This document shows, one piece after another, positions 1 to 9,230 of a stretch of DNA of 64,000 nucleotides; positions within the stretch are counted from its first letter, which is position 1; each line of letters starts with the position of its first letter. The position numbers were made by a program, and so were the translations under genes. The stretch is from NCBI GenBank assembly GCA_002688015.1, contig NZBT01000008.1, positions 2,852 through 66,851 of the forward strand. Direction: 5' to 3'. The notes below the pieces were generated by a model. The model did no database searches. It saw only the letters and a list, made by a program, of their open reading frames with translations, and was not told the DNA's origin. Source of the DNA: Candidatus Pacearchaeota archaeon (lineage in GTDB: Archaea > Nanobdellota > Nanobdellia > Pacearchaeales > GW2011-AR1).

Positions 1-20
1 AAGTAGCTTATTAAAATAAT

Positions 21-1646
21 CTACTTTTTCTTTCCTTTTTTTTCGAGAAGTCTCTTATAAAGATACTTAGCGATGTATGGTTTTCCAAACATAGAGTGCA
101 ATAACAACTTATACAGATAAAGATCAAAAAACAATCTCCCCTTATTTTGAGATGCCCTTAAAGGAGCTTCAAAAGCAGGCAAAACTACTCCTCCAATTTC
201 CTCATAAACTATCGGCTTTTCGCTTCTTACCTGTATTAAAGGAGACAAAATAAAACTTACCCTCTCTTCCGTAAACAATCCCTCTTTATTATCATCAAAA
301 TCTTTAAACTTATCAAGATTCTTCACAAAAAAGTCCTTAGTAACAACAAGCTGACACAAATCAAGAAGACTAAAAAACCTGTCCTTCTTCAAAGCCTTAA
401 AGGAAGGCTCAGCATAGAATGATAAGTAATCACCAATTCCATTTGAATACAAATAATAATCGCAACAACTAATCTCTTTCCCTGTTTTTTTCAAACCATA
501 AGCCTGAAAATAATTTCTATGTTTAGAGATTCTACATCTTTTACTTGTAAACGCAACATAATCACTATTTTTCACTTTATCACTTAAGCTCTCTTCATCA
601 AGTTTTAATTCAGTCTCATCTATTTCAATAACTTTCTTATTCAGTTTCGGCAATCCTACCTTTCCCAAGTTTTCCTTTCCTTCTTTCTTTAAAATATCTT
701 CAAAAATTTTTCTAAATTCTGCTTCTTGAGAATATGTCTCCAAAACTTTTTTGTAAGCCCTTCCCTCTATTTCTCTTCTTTCTTTTTCATTCTTCAAATA
801 ATATTTAACTTTCTCTAACAAGTCTTTCTTATCCTTAAATGTAACAAGCTCTTTATCTTTTTTCAATAAGTCATGATAAACTTTGAAATGTTCTGTTAAA
901 ATAAACGATTTACATGCAGAAGCTTCAAAAACTCTCGACTTAAAACTTGGCTTTCCTTGATAATTTTTTGAAAAACTCAAGTTTATTTTACTTTCATTAA
1001 GAACTCCAATCATCTCTTCTTGGCTCAATTTTCCAAAGTAAATATCCTTAAGCTCTGGATGTCTTTCCCATCCTGCTCCAAACACCCGTATATCAATTCC
1101 GTTATCCTTCAGAAATGTAACAAGCTCCGCCCTATCTGCCATAGGGGTCCCAATAAATGTTGCATCATACTTTTTTTCCAAGTCTTTAGGACAGAAATCA
1201 TTAGTATTAACTCCATAAGAATAATATGCATTCTTTATCCCTTCTGGTTTATATTTATGAAAGTATAATTTATGGCTCACTAAAGGAAAGTCCACAAACA
1301 AGGAGTAATACCTTGTATAAATCTCAAACTTAGTGTCATCATCCCCAAAAAAATTAACAACTCTTGTTTTAGGAGAAACTTCTTTTATCTTTAATAAAGT
1401 TTCAATATCAAACTCATCATAAATAAGCCACAGATAAATAAAATCAGGCTGCTCTTTTTCCACAACTTCTAAGAATTTCTTATTCATTGCCTTAATTCCA
1501 TACTTATATGAATACTCTTGAGGATCAAAAGTCACAAACTCCTTAAAAATTGCCTTCAATGGAGAATGCCAATTTTGATATGAAAAGTATCCTTTATTGT
1601 GACAAGCCCACGCAACAAAAAGCATTTTCTTATCTAATTTTTCCAT
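21..1646 (-). CDS. Glycosyltransferase, CgeB-like / Glyco_trans_1_2 family, with C-terminal extension
   Basis: GT-B motifs ATFIGT..R, 'LNESKINLSF', 'KSRVFEASAC..F.LT', 'ERREIEGRAYKKV'; lies in glycosylation locus. Confidence 0.8.
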   Translation of the reverse strand: MEKLDKKMLFVAWACHNKGYFSYQNWHSPLKAIFKEFVTFDPQEYSYKYGIKAMNKKFLEVVEKEQPDFIYLWLIYDEFDIETLLKIKEVSPKTRVVNFFGDDDTKFEIYTRYYSLFVDFPLVSHKLYFHKYKPEGIKNAYYSYGVNTNDFCPKDLEKKYDATFIGTPMADRAELVTFLKDNGIDIRVFGAGWERHPELKDIYFGKLSQEEMIGVLNESKINLSFSKNYQGKPSFKSRVFEASACKSFILTEHFKVYHDLLKKDKELVTFKDKKDLLEKVKYYLKNEKERREIEGRAYKKVLETYSQEAEFRKIFEDILKKEGKENLGKVGLPKLNKKVIEIDETELKLDEESLSDKVKNSDYVAFTSKRCRISKHRNYFQAYGLKKTGKEISCCDYYLYSNGIGDYLSFYAEPSFKALKKDRFFSLLDLCQLVVTKDFFVKNLDKFKDFDDNKEGLFTEERVSFILSPLIQVRSEKPIVYEEIGGVVLPAFEAPLRASQNKGRLFFDLYLYKLLLHSMFGKPYIAKYLYKRLLEKKGKKK

Positions 1647-1737
1647 TGAAATTCTAAAAATCTGAGACTTAAAAGCTTATGTGTATAATCCCGAGAATTA
1701 ACATAATATATAAATACCAATATTTAATGAGAACTCT

Positions 1738-2709
1738 ATGGACATACTAATCACTGGAAATTGTGGCTATGTCGGCTCCATTATGACTGATCTCTTTCTT
1801 AAAGAGGGTCATAAGGTCATAGGATACGATATTCTCATGCACGGAAAAGAACACATGATTCATTTTGAAGACAATGAAAACTATGAGTTCCATAAAGGAG
1901 ACACAAGAGATTTCGATAAAATAGAGCCCCTAATAGAAAAATCAGACGTTGTTGTTCATTTAGCTGCAATACCTAGAGTTGACGACTGTCTTGACATAGA
2001 GCCAGAGATGTACGAAATCAATAGTAATGCATCAATAGAAATAGCCCGGCTTTGCTTAAAACATGATAAAAAAATAGTTTTCGCATCAACTTGTAGTGTT
2101 TACGGCATGTTAGAAGACGATAATGAAATTACTGAGGAATCAGAAGCAAATCCTACAACAATATATGCAAAAACAAAAGCAGAAGCAGAATTAGGAATCC
2201 AAAGGCTCTGTCCAGACGCGTTAATATGTAGATTTGCAACTGCTTATGGCTTCTCTCCAAGAATGCGTTATGATTTATTTATAAATGAAGTCACTCGTGA
2301 TGCTTATGTAAAGAAAAAAATAGAATTGTTCGATCCAAAAGTATGGAGATGTTTCATCAATACAAAAGATATGGCTCGTGGCGTTCTCTTTCTTTTAAAA
2401 AATGATAAATCTGGCATTTATAATATTGGCTCTAACGATCAGAATGTAAACAAAACAAAGATAGTAGATTCAATAAAGAATGAAATTGGAGATTTCCAAA
2501 TCGATATTCTAAGAGAGAAAAAAGATCCAAGAGATTATAGAATAAACTTTGATAAAATTACAAACCTCGGTTTTTCTATAGAAAAGGAAATCCAAACAGG
2601 AATTAAAGATATGGTTGAACACCTTTCCTTGCCAGGAATCAATCCCTATGATATAAAATACACAAATTACAAGAAATTACCTGAAAGATTCGTCAAAGAC
2701 TCTTCTTAG
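1738..2709 (+). CDS. NAD-dependent nucleotide-sugar epimerase/dehydratase (extended SDR)
   Basis: GNCGYVG Rossmann motif, HLAA, ASTCSVYG, YAKTK (YxxxK), RFATAYG.SPRMR.DL. Confidence 0.9.
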   Translation: MDILITGNCGYVGSIMTDLFLKEGHKVIGYDILMHGKEHMIHFEDNENYEFHKGDTRDFDKIEPLIEKSDVVVHLAAIPRVDDCLDIEPEMYEINSNASIEIARLCLKHDKKIVFASTCSVYGMLEDDNEITEESEANPTTIYAKTKAEAELGIQRLCPDALICRFATAYGFSPRMRYDLFINEVTRDAYVKKKIELFDPKVWRCFINTKDMARGVLFLLKNDKSGIYNIGSNDQNVNKTKIVDSIKNEIGDFQIDILREKKDPRDYRINFDKITNLGFSIEKEIQTGIKDMVEHLSLPGINPYDIKYTNYKKLPERFVKDSS

Positions 2710-3840
2710 TTTCTCTCTCTGAATTTCAATAGAAAACTTTTTCTTAATCGTTTCTTTTCCATTTCTTCCAAGACGTTCTCTCAATTTTTTATTCTTAACC
2801 AATTTCAACAAGGCTTTTTCTAGTCTCTCTATCAAATTAGGGTCATATTCCTTTATAATCCTCATAAATTCTTCAGATTTAGTATTCGTAGGATATTCCC
2901 TACTCTCATAAAGCTTATTCTTCTCAGATTTTTTAGCAATAATCCCGTTCTTTCCATTTTGCACATAATCTTTAACAGCATACGTATCAATTCCAAGTAT
3001 AGGAAGAGAAAAATTCATAGCCTCAAGAACAGCCATTAAAATATATTGATGACTTGGTAAAAACAAAATATCTGAACTAGAATACAGTTCTTCAAGCTTC
3101 TTTTTAGAGACAAGGTTCTCAATAACTTTTATGTTCTTATTCATCGCAATAGATCTTCTTAGCTCTTCAGGAATAAAACACCTTATGATCAACTCAACAT
3201 CTCTCTCTTTCTCTTGAACTTTCTCAAAAGTTCTAAGCACATCCAAACCCCCTTTAACATAAAAATCTCTCGGATTATTTACACTTCCCATAAACAAAAT
3301 TCTCACTTTCTTTCTCTTTCCGCCTTTTGTCTTTATCTTTGAAAGATTTATAGCAGGTCTTACAAGTATCAACTTATCTTTAATTCTCTTACTAAACTCT
3401 TTTTTCATAAAATTAAGAGAAGTTTCATGAGCACAAATAATCTTTTTACAGTTTTCTTTTTCTAAATTTTTCCCGATTTTATCCTTATTCTTTATGAAAA
3501 TCTTATAATTATTTCCAGCAAGAGAGAATGGAGAATCTAAAATATAAAGTATCCAGGCCTTCTCTCCATTATACAAGTGTCCAGTAGAGAAAATTAGATC
3601 TGCATCAGGAATTTCTTTCTCCTTTCTTAAACTATCAATAATTTTTGTAGTTGGAAAAACTTTTAAAAAAGAATGATAAATCTTTCTCAACACCTTGGAT
3701 TCCCTAGACTTGTTCAATAAACCTGTCTTCAATCCTTGTTTATTTCCAATAAGCTCATATCCCTTAGGAGGATTCTCAATTAAAGAATTATAAGCTGTAT
3801 GCGCTCCGACTATATTAGGATAAATCTGTATTTTTCTCAT
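2677..3840 (-). CDS. GT4-family glycosyltransferase
   Basis: 'ILFMGS', 'KGG', 'SDILFLPS', 'VLEAMNFSLPI', 'RLGRNGK' GT-B signature. Confidence 0.85.
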   Translation of the reverse strand: MRKIQIYPNIVGAHTAYNSLIENPPKGYELIGNKQGLKTGLLNKSRESKVLRKIYHSFLKVFPTTKIIDSLRKEKEIPDADLIFSTGHLYNGEKAWILYILDSPFSLAGNNYKIFIKNKDKIGKNLEKENCKKIICAHETSLNFMKKEFSKRIKDKLILVRPAINLSKIKTKGGKRKKVRILFMGSVNNPRDFYVKGGLDVLRTFEKVQEKERDVELIIRCFIPEELRRSIAMNKNIKVIENLVSKKKLEELYSSSDILFLPSHQYILMAVLEAMNFSLPILGIDTYAVKDYVQNGKNGIIAKKSEKNKLYESREYPTNTKSEEFMRIIKEYDPNLIERLEKALLKLVKNKKLRERLGRNGKETIKKKFSIEIQREKLRRVFDESFR

Positions 3841-5360
3841 TTCGAAAACCTTTCTTTAATTGTTCTCCAAATCATTAGATCATTTCTATCAAGTCCTTTG
3901 AATAAGACTGCAAATATTATATACAATAGTAAGAAAAGCAATGCGACAGTAATAAGAGAAATAAAACTAGATGGAATATAAGATTTTAGATAACTTATAA
4001 TCACAGTAGGAATTATTACAGCCAAAACCAAATTCAACATTTTTCTTCTAATTGGGAAAACAGAGACCAAAGATTTCACTTCAAACAAGAGAACTAAACT
4101 TAACAAAACCCAAGTAGAAGAGGTTGCAAAAGCTGCTCCAACAATTCCAAACCTCGGTACTAATATGATATTCATAATAAGATTAATAACTGAAATAACA
4201 AGAACATTCATCAACATAAGCTTTGTTTTTCCTTTCATAGATAACAAATTTGTAGATAAAATCATAAATATAGAAGAAACTATTCCTCCGACAGCCAAAA
4301 TTCTCAAAGAATTATAACCTTGAATAAACGCCTCTCCAAACAAAACATTTATTATAGCTCCAGGAAATATAAAAATCATAACAAATAAAGGAAGATTAAG
4401 GGCAAATATCCACTTACTAACCTGTTTGCTAACTTCTTGAACAACCCTCATTCTTTTTTTAGAATACTCTCTAACAACTAATGGAAAGAAAAGCTGCATA
4501 AACAACTCTGGAGCAATTCCATAAAGTGAAACTATCGTAAAAGCGATACCATAAAAACCAACATCAGCAGAACTCATGAAAAATCCAATAACAAAACTAT
4601 CTACCCAATAAAATATCCCTCCAATAATACCTAAGAAAACAATTGGCCAAGAATAAGAAAAGTATTGATTTCTCAATTTTTTCTTTCCTTTTTCAAGATT
4701 TTTACTCTTCAAGACCTTAAGAACTTCTTTTCTTGAAGCAATATAAGCCATTATTGCAAATGCAATTACTGCTACTAAATAAGAAGTTATTATAGCCGAT
4801 CTAGTTAACCCAATAAAAAGCAAAGTACCAATTACCAAAATTCTAATTCCATTCTGGAATACACTATTAATAAAAGTGTACATAGCAATTTTTTCAAAAG
4901 ATCTCAAAACTGTAAGGAAAAGTCCCCCAATAATTGCTATTGGCACAGCAAAACTAAATGCCTTTAGGAAAATAACTAGTTCTGGATCATGGAAGAAATT
5001 TATCGCAATCGTCTCAGCAAGCAAAAACATAAGAACTCCAGCAATAACTCCCGAAAATAGATTGATATGGAATGTAAGTTTAAGCAAATATTTTGCTTTT
5101 TTCATATCTTTATTCTTATAAAGAGAAATATGTCTTAATAATCCATCAGATAGTCCAAGAGAAGCAAAGGAGACGAAAATACTAGTAACTATTAATGCAA
5201 GTGTAAAAAGTCCATATTCAGAAGGCCCAAAACCTCTAGCAATAATTATCTTGTATAGATAAGCAAGAAGTTTAGAGAGAATAACAAAGATTAACACAAT
5301 CACAGATGTCTTTGCCAATAACTTCAATGAGCTTCCTACTTCTGCATCGTCTCCATTCAT
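3837..5360 (-). CDS. Wzx-type oligosaccharide flippase (MOP/PST family)
   Basis: ~14 hydrophobic segments, 'IIARGFGPSEYGLF', 'DVGFYGIA', 'LVPRFGIVGAAFAT'. Confidence 0.9.
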   Translation of the reverse strand: MNGDDAEVGSSLKLLAKTSVIVLIFVILSKLLAYLYKIIIARGFGPSEYGLFTLALIVTSIFVSFASLGLSDGLLRHISLYKNKDMKKAKYLLKLTFHINLFSGVIAGVLMFLLAETIAINFFHDPELVIFLKAFSFAVPIAIIGGLFLTVLRSFEKIAMYTFINSVFQNGIRILVIGTLLFIGLTRSAIITSYLVAVIAFAIMAYIASRKEVLKVLKSKNLEKGKKKLRNQYFSYSWPIVFLGIIGGIFYWVDSFVIGFFMSSADVGFYGIAFTIVSLYGIAPELFMQLFFPLVVREYSKKRMRVVQEVSKQVSKWIFALNLPLFVMIFIFPGAIINVLFGEAFIQGYNSLRILAVGGIVSSIFMILSTNLLSMKGKTKLMLMNVLVISVINLIMNIILVPRFGIVGAAFATSSTWVLLSLVLLFEVKSLVSVFPIRRKMLNLVLAVIIPTVIISYLKSYIPSSFISLITVALLFLLLYIIFAVLFKGLDRNDLMIWRTIKERFSK

Positions 5361-5469
5361 TATTTAATCTAATATACGAGATTTAAAAACCTATCAATCT
5401 CACTTAACAAGTAAAATATCTTTTCAAATGCAATCATCTTTAAATATATAACAAATTAAAAACCTCTGT

Positions 5470-6240
5470 ATGAACATAGTGATCCCGATTGCAGGAAGAG
5501 GTAGCAGATTCTTACAAGAATCTCACAGAAATCCAGATTATGCTAACCCGAAGCCCTTAATCAATATTGCAGGCCATTCAATGATAGAATGGGCACTCTC
5601 TTCTTATCCCTTAACAAAAGAAGACAAATTAATATTCATAGTAAGAAAAGATCATCTTGAGAATGCACAAATTGATGAAAAGCTAAAACAAATATTCGGA
5701 GAAAATATTTACATTGTCGTTGTAGATAAAATAACTGAAGGGGCTGCTTGCACAGCATTATTAGCAAAAGATTACATAAACAATGATGAACCTCTTTTAA
5801 TAACAGATTCAGATCACTATATCGATGGGCATGCACACTTCAAAGTAATAGAAAATCATGAAAAAGTTGATGGAGCAATCCCAGTATTTTATGCAAACAA
5901 TGCAAAATGGAGTTTCGCAAAAACAGATGAAGAAGGCTATGTTACAGAAACTGCAGAGAAAGTACAAATAAGTCGAAACGCAAACATTGGAGCATACTAT
6001 TTTGCCAAAGGTCGTGACTTCGTATGGGCTGCAGAAGAAATGATAGAAGAAGATGACAAAACAAATGGAGAATTTTACGTAGCCCCAGTTTACAACTATT
6101 TAATCAGGCGTGGAAAATCAATTCTTCTATCTCGTCCAAAATTCGTTCATGGTCTTGGAACTCCAAAAGATGTTGATAAATTTCTTGAATTCTTAAAAAG
6201 GGGAGAAATTAGACATAGATTTGCAAATATAAAAATCTAA
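5470..6240 (+). CDS. Sugar-phosphate nucleotidyltransferase-like protein (NTP_transferase fold)
   Basis: N-terminal 'VIPIAGRGSRF...PKPLI', 'TEGAACT', 'AEKVQIS', 'NGEFYVAPVYN', 'LGTP.D'. Confidence 0.8.
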   Translation: MNIVIPIAGRGSRFLQESHRNPDYANPKPLINIAGHSMIEWALSSYPLTKEDKLIFIVRKDHLENAQIDEKLKQIFGENIYIVVVDKITEGAACTALLAKDYINNDEPLLITDSDHYIDGHAHFKVIENHEKVDGAIPVFYANNAKWSFAKTDEEGYVTETAEKVQISRNANIGAYYFAKGRDFVWAAEEMIEEDDKTNGEFYVAPVYNYLIRRGKSILLSRPKFVHGLGTPKDVDKFLEFLKRGEIRHRFANIKI

Positions 6241-6264
6241 ATATCTAAAATTCTTTAAATAAAT

Positions 6265-6909
6265 ATGATAAAAGCGGTGTTGTTTGATCTCGACGGAGTT
6301 CTAGTAGATGCAGTAAAATTGCATCAGCAAGCATTTATCGACGCTATTGCTCCTTACAAGCACATAACAGAAGAAGAGCATATGCGTGATCTCAATGCTC
6401 TCCCAACAAAAGACAAGCTTGAAAAGCTCAAAATTCCAGAAGAATTCAGAGAAAAAATATATGAAGATAAACAAGAAAAAACATGGAAACTTATCTCTCA
6501 ATTGATTAGACCAATTCCAGAAGTCTTAGAAACAATTTCCGAAATTAAAAAGAAGGGACTTAAATTTGCAGTCTGTAGCAACTCTATAAGAAAAAGCACA
6601 GGACTCTTTTTAGAACATGCAGGTGTTTCTGGCTTTCAATTCTACTTTTCAAATCAAGATGTAGAAAATGCTAAACCAGATCCAGAAATGTATATCAAAG
6701 CAATGGAAAAACTTGGCATATCTAAAGATGAAGTTCTAATAGTAGAAGACGCTCCAAGAGGATTACAAGCAGCATATGATTCAGGAGCAAACGTATGCAA
6801 AGTAAACAATCCTTATGAGTTAAAAAAAGTATTATCCGTACTTAAAACTTATAATGGATCAGAAGAAGTTAAGCAGGATACTTATCTCCAAGAACAGAAG
6901 GAACCTTAA
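6265..6909 (+). CDS. HAD-superfamily phosphatase/phosphomutase (subfamily IA)
   Basis: Motif I FDLDGVL, motif II CSNS, KPDPE, motif IV VEDA. Confidence 0.9.
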   Translation: MIKAVLFDLDGVLVDAVKLHQQAFIDAIAPYKHITEEEHMRDLNALPTKDKLEKLKIPEEFREKIYEDKQEKTWKLISQLIRPIPEVLETISEIKKKGLKFAVCSNSIRKSTGLFLEHAGVSGFQFYFSNQDVENAKPDPEMYIKAMEKLGISKDEVLIVEDAPRGLQAAYDSGANVCKVNNPYELKKVLSVLKTYNGSEEVKQDTYLQEQKEP

Positions 6910-7189
6910 CAACAACATTTGTCGTATCCTCTAAAGCCTTAAAATCGGTCGCTTCTCCAGGCTCAATTAAAACAATATCTCCTTCTCCATGCTCAATATT
7001 GTTCATCAATACTTTCCCTTTAACAATCAAAGTCAATTCAGTAGCAATTTTATGAACATGTTTTGCTTCATAATCTCCTTCTTTATATTTCTGAACAGCA
7101 ACTTCACAATCTTTCGTCTTATGTCCGACAGGATCAAAATCCCCGACAAACCATCCTCTCGTCATATCATCCAGTTTAAATTTCTTCAT
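6869..7189 (-). CDS. Cupin-domain protein
   Basis: 'H.HKIATE', 'GDIVLIEPGE' cupin motifs; N-terminal 'GWFVGDF'. Confidence 0.8.
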   Translation of the reverse strand: MKKFKLDDMTRGWFVGDFDPVGHKTKDCEVAVQKYKEGDYEAKHVHKIATELTLIVKGKVLMNNIEHGEGDIVLIEPGEATDFKALEDTTNVVVKVPSVLGDKYPA

Positions 7190-7201
7190 ACTTATTCCTC
7201 C

Positions 7202-8068
7202 CTAGTATTCTCCAGATCTAATTATATTTAAAACTTCCTCAGGAAAATCAGTACAAATTCCATCTGGCTGCAAAGCCACAATTTCCTTAATTCTAGAAAA
7301 AAGTCTTTCCTTATTCTCCGCATCTGGATGTGCCTCTCTCCCTAACAAACCAGGAGAAGTTCCATGTAAATCTGGAGTAACAAGAGCAATCTTATATCCT
7401 GTTTCTCTTAAAATATCAAATGTTTCTCTTGTATACAATTTCTTTTTCTTTCCTGCTGTATCAGAAAGATCCCACTCATCAAGCCAAACCCAATCATATC
7501 TGTCTTTGTGTTCCAAAGCATCTTCAACAGAAAGTAACGTTCCGTTTACAGCATAGTTATATCTTTCAATATCATGATCATGAGCAACACTCGGAGCCAA
7601 TTTAATTCCAGGAATTTTAGAATTAATAAACATGGCCCATCTAGGCTTAACATCAAAGACAAATATCCTTGCTAGAACTTTCTCTTTTTCTATAAGTTTT
7701 GAAGTCAATTTATCTAATTTTTCTCTATTTTGATAACTTCCCTTCAAATGCATCGCATTCATCCCGATACCAGAATTACTAATCAACTCTAAAACCTCTC
7801 CTAAGGAAGCAATTCTTCCTTCAGGGTTCCCATATCTTATTTCCGCAACTTCAGCCATTGTCATATCAGAGAATTTCCTAGAATCCTTTCCCCTAGTAAT
7901 CCTTTCCAAACCAGAATCATGAAAAACAATCAATCCGTCCTTACAAAAATTAACATCAAATTCAATCCCATATCCTCTTCTTAAGTGTTCTCTAAAAGCC
8001 TCATAGCTACTCTCAGGATAAAATCCTTCTTTACTTGGTTCTAACCCTCTATGTGTAAAAATTCTCAT
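7202..8068 (-). CDS. Glycerophosphodiester phosphodiesterase-family protein
   Basis: 'FTHRG', 'GIEFDV', 'IVFHD', C-terminal 'DGICTDFP'. Confidence 0.85.
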   Translation of the reverse strand: MRIFTHRGLEPSKEGFYPESSYEAFREHLRRGYGIEFDVNFCKDGLIVFHDSGLERITRGKDSRKFSDMTMAEVAEIRYGNPEGRIASLGEVLELISNSGIGMNAMHLKGSYQNREKLDKLTSKLIEKEKVLARIFVFDVKPRWAMFINSKIPGIKLAPSVAHDHDIERYNYAVNGTLLSVEDALEHKDRYDWVWLDEWDLSDTAGKKKKLYTRETFDILRETGYKIALVTPDLHGTSPGLLGREAHPDAENKERLFSRIKEIVALQPDGICTDFPEEVLNIIRSGEY

Positions 8069-8126
8069 TTTAACTCCAAAAAAGCATTACATAAATCCTT
8101 TTAAATATATATCTTAAACAAAACAT

Positions 8127-9230
8127 ATGCAAAATGAGTACATGAAAGGAAAGGGCGTTAATCTTTCTAAGACAAATATTTCCAGAAGCGGCCTTTTCTC
8201 CTTAAGGAAGTTGACCCAGCCAGAATCTCTAGATTATACAGCAATATCAGACTTAGGGAAAACAAAGTTCTGGCCGATAATCTTAAAAGAAATGTTAATT
8301 TATACAAAACCTTCTGGTTTTATAATAATTAAATCAAAAAAAATAAAACAAAAAATGCTTCTCAAATCCTGTAAACTTCTCTTCTCTGACAAAGCAGCTC
8401 TAAGGTATCAGAACAAAAAGTCTGGAACTCTTGTCTTTCAAAAAACTTCTCCCTTTCTAAACAAATTAGATTCAATAGATAAATGGACAATCGGCATAAT
8501 AACAAATGGAAAGAAAAAAGATTGGATAGAAAAGCAAATTGAAGCCATAAGAGCTCTTAAGATCCCTACATATGAAATCATTCTTTGTGGGACATATCCT
8601 TACGAAATAGGAAAAGACACTAAATACATAAACTTTACAAAACAAGATGAAAGAGGATGGATTACTGCTAAGAAAAACAAAATCCTTGAAAACGCAAAAT
8701 ATGAAAATGTAATAGTCATGCATGATCGTATTGTCTTAAATCCAGACTTCCTTTCCGGAATGAAAAAGTATGGAAATTACTTTGAAGTTCTATCTTGTAA
8801 AATCTTCAATGATAAGAATGAAAGATGCGGAGATTGGATAACAAATGGAAATCCTTACAATAAATATCCTAGACTTGGTCTTCTTGACTATAAAGATTGG
8901 GACATAAATGGATGGATTGATGGCGGCTTTTATATTCTAAAGAAGAGCGTCTGGAAAAAGATTCAATGGGATGAATCTCTATTCTGGAACGAAGGAGAAG
9001 ACATGAAATTAACAAAAGACTGGCTTTCCTCTGGAATCTTGCCAAGATTCAATCCTTTCTCTTCTTGTAAAACACTGTCTTGGCGACATGGAGAATTCCC
9101 TAAATATGATTTTAATTCATATAAGTTAGGAAAAAGGCATTTCTCTGTCTGGCTAGAAATTAAAGACAGAATAATGTACCAATCAAAGAAATTAGCAAAA
9201 AGAATTTTGAGAGGCCCTAATTCTCTCTAA
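8127..9230 (+). CDS. Putative GT-A/GT2-like glycosyltransferase with N-terminal degenerate methyltransferase-like domain
   Basis: 'WTIGIIT', 'YEIILCG', 'KKNKILENAKYENVIVMHDR', 'EGED'; N-terminal 'ILKEMLIYTKPSGFIII'. Confidence 0.55.
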   Translation: MQNEYMKGKGVNLSKTNISRSGLFSLRKLTQPESLDYTAISDLGKTKFWPIILKEMLIYTKPSGFIIIKSKKIKQKMLLKSCKLLFSDKAALRYQNKKSGTLVFQKTSPFLNKLDSIDKWTIGIITNGKKKDWIEKQIEAIRALKIPTYEIILCGTYPYEIGKDTKYINFTKQDERGWITAKKNKILENAKYENVIVMHDRIVLNPDFLSGMKKYGNYFEVLSCKIFNDKNERCGDWITNGNPYNKYPRLGLLDYKDWDINGWIDGGFYILKKSVWKKIQWDESLFWNEGEDMKLTKDWLSSGILPRFNPFSSCKTLSWRHGEFPKYDFNSYKLGKRHFSVWLEIKDRIMYQSKKLAKRILRGPNSL

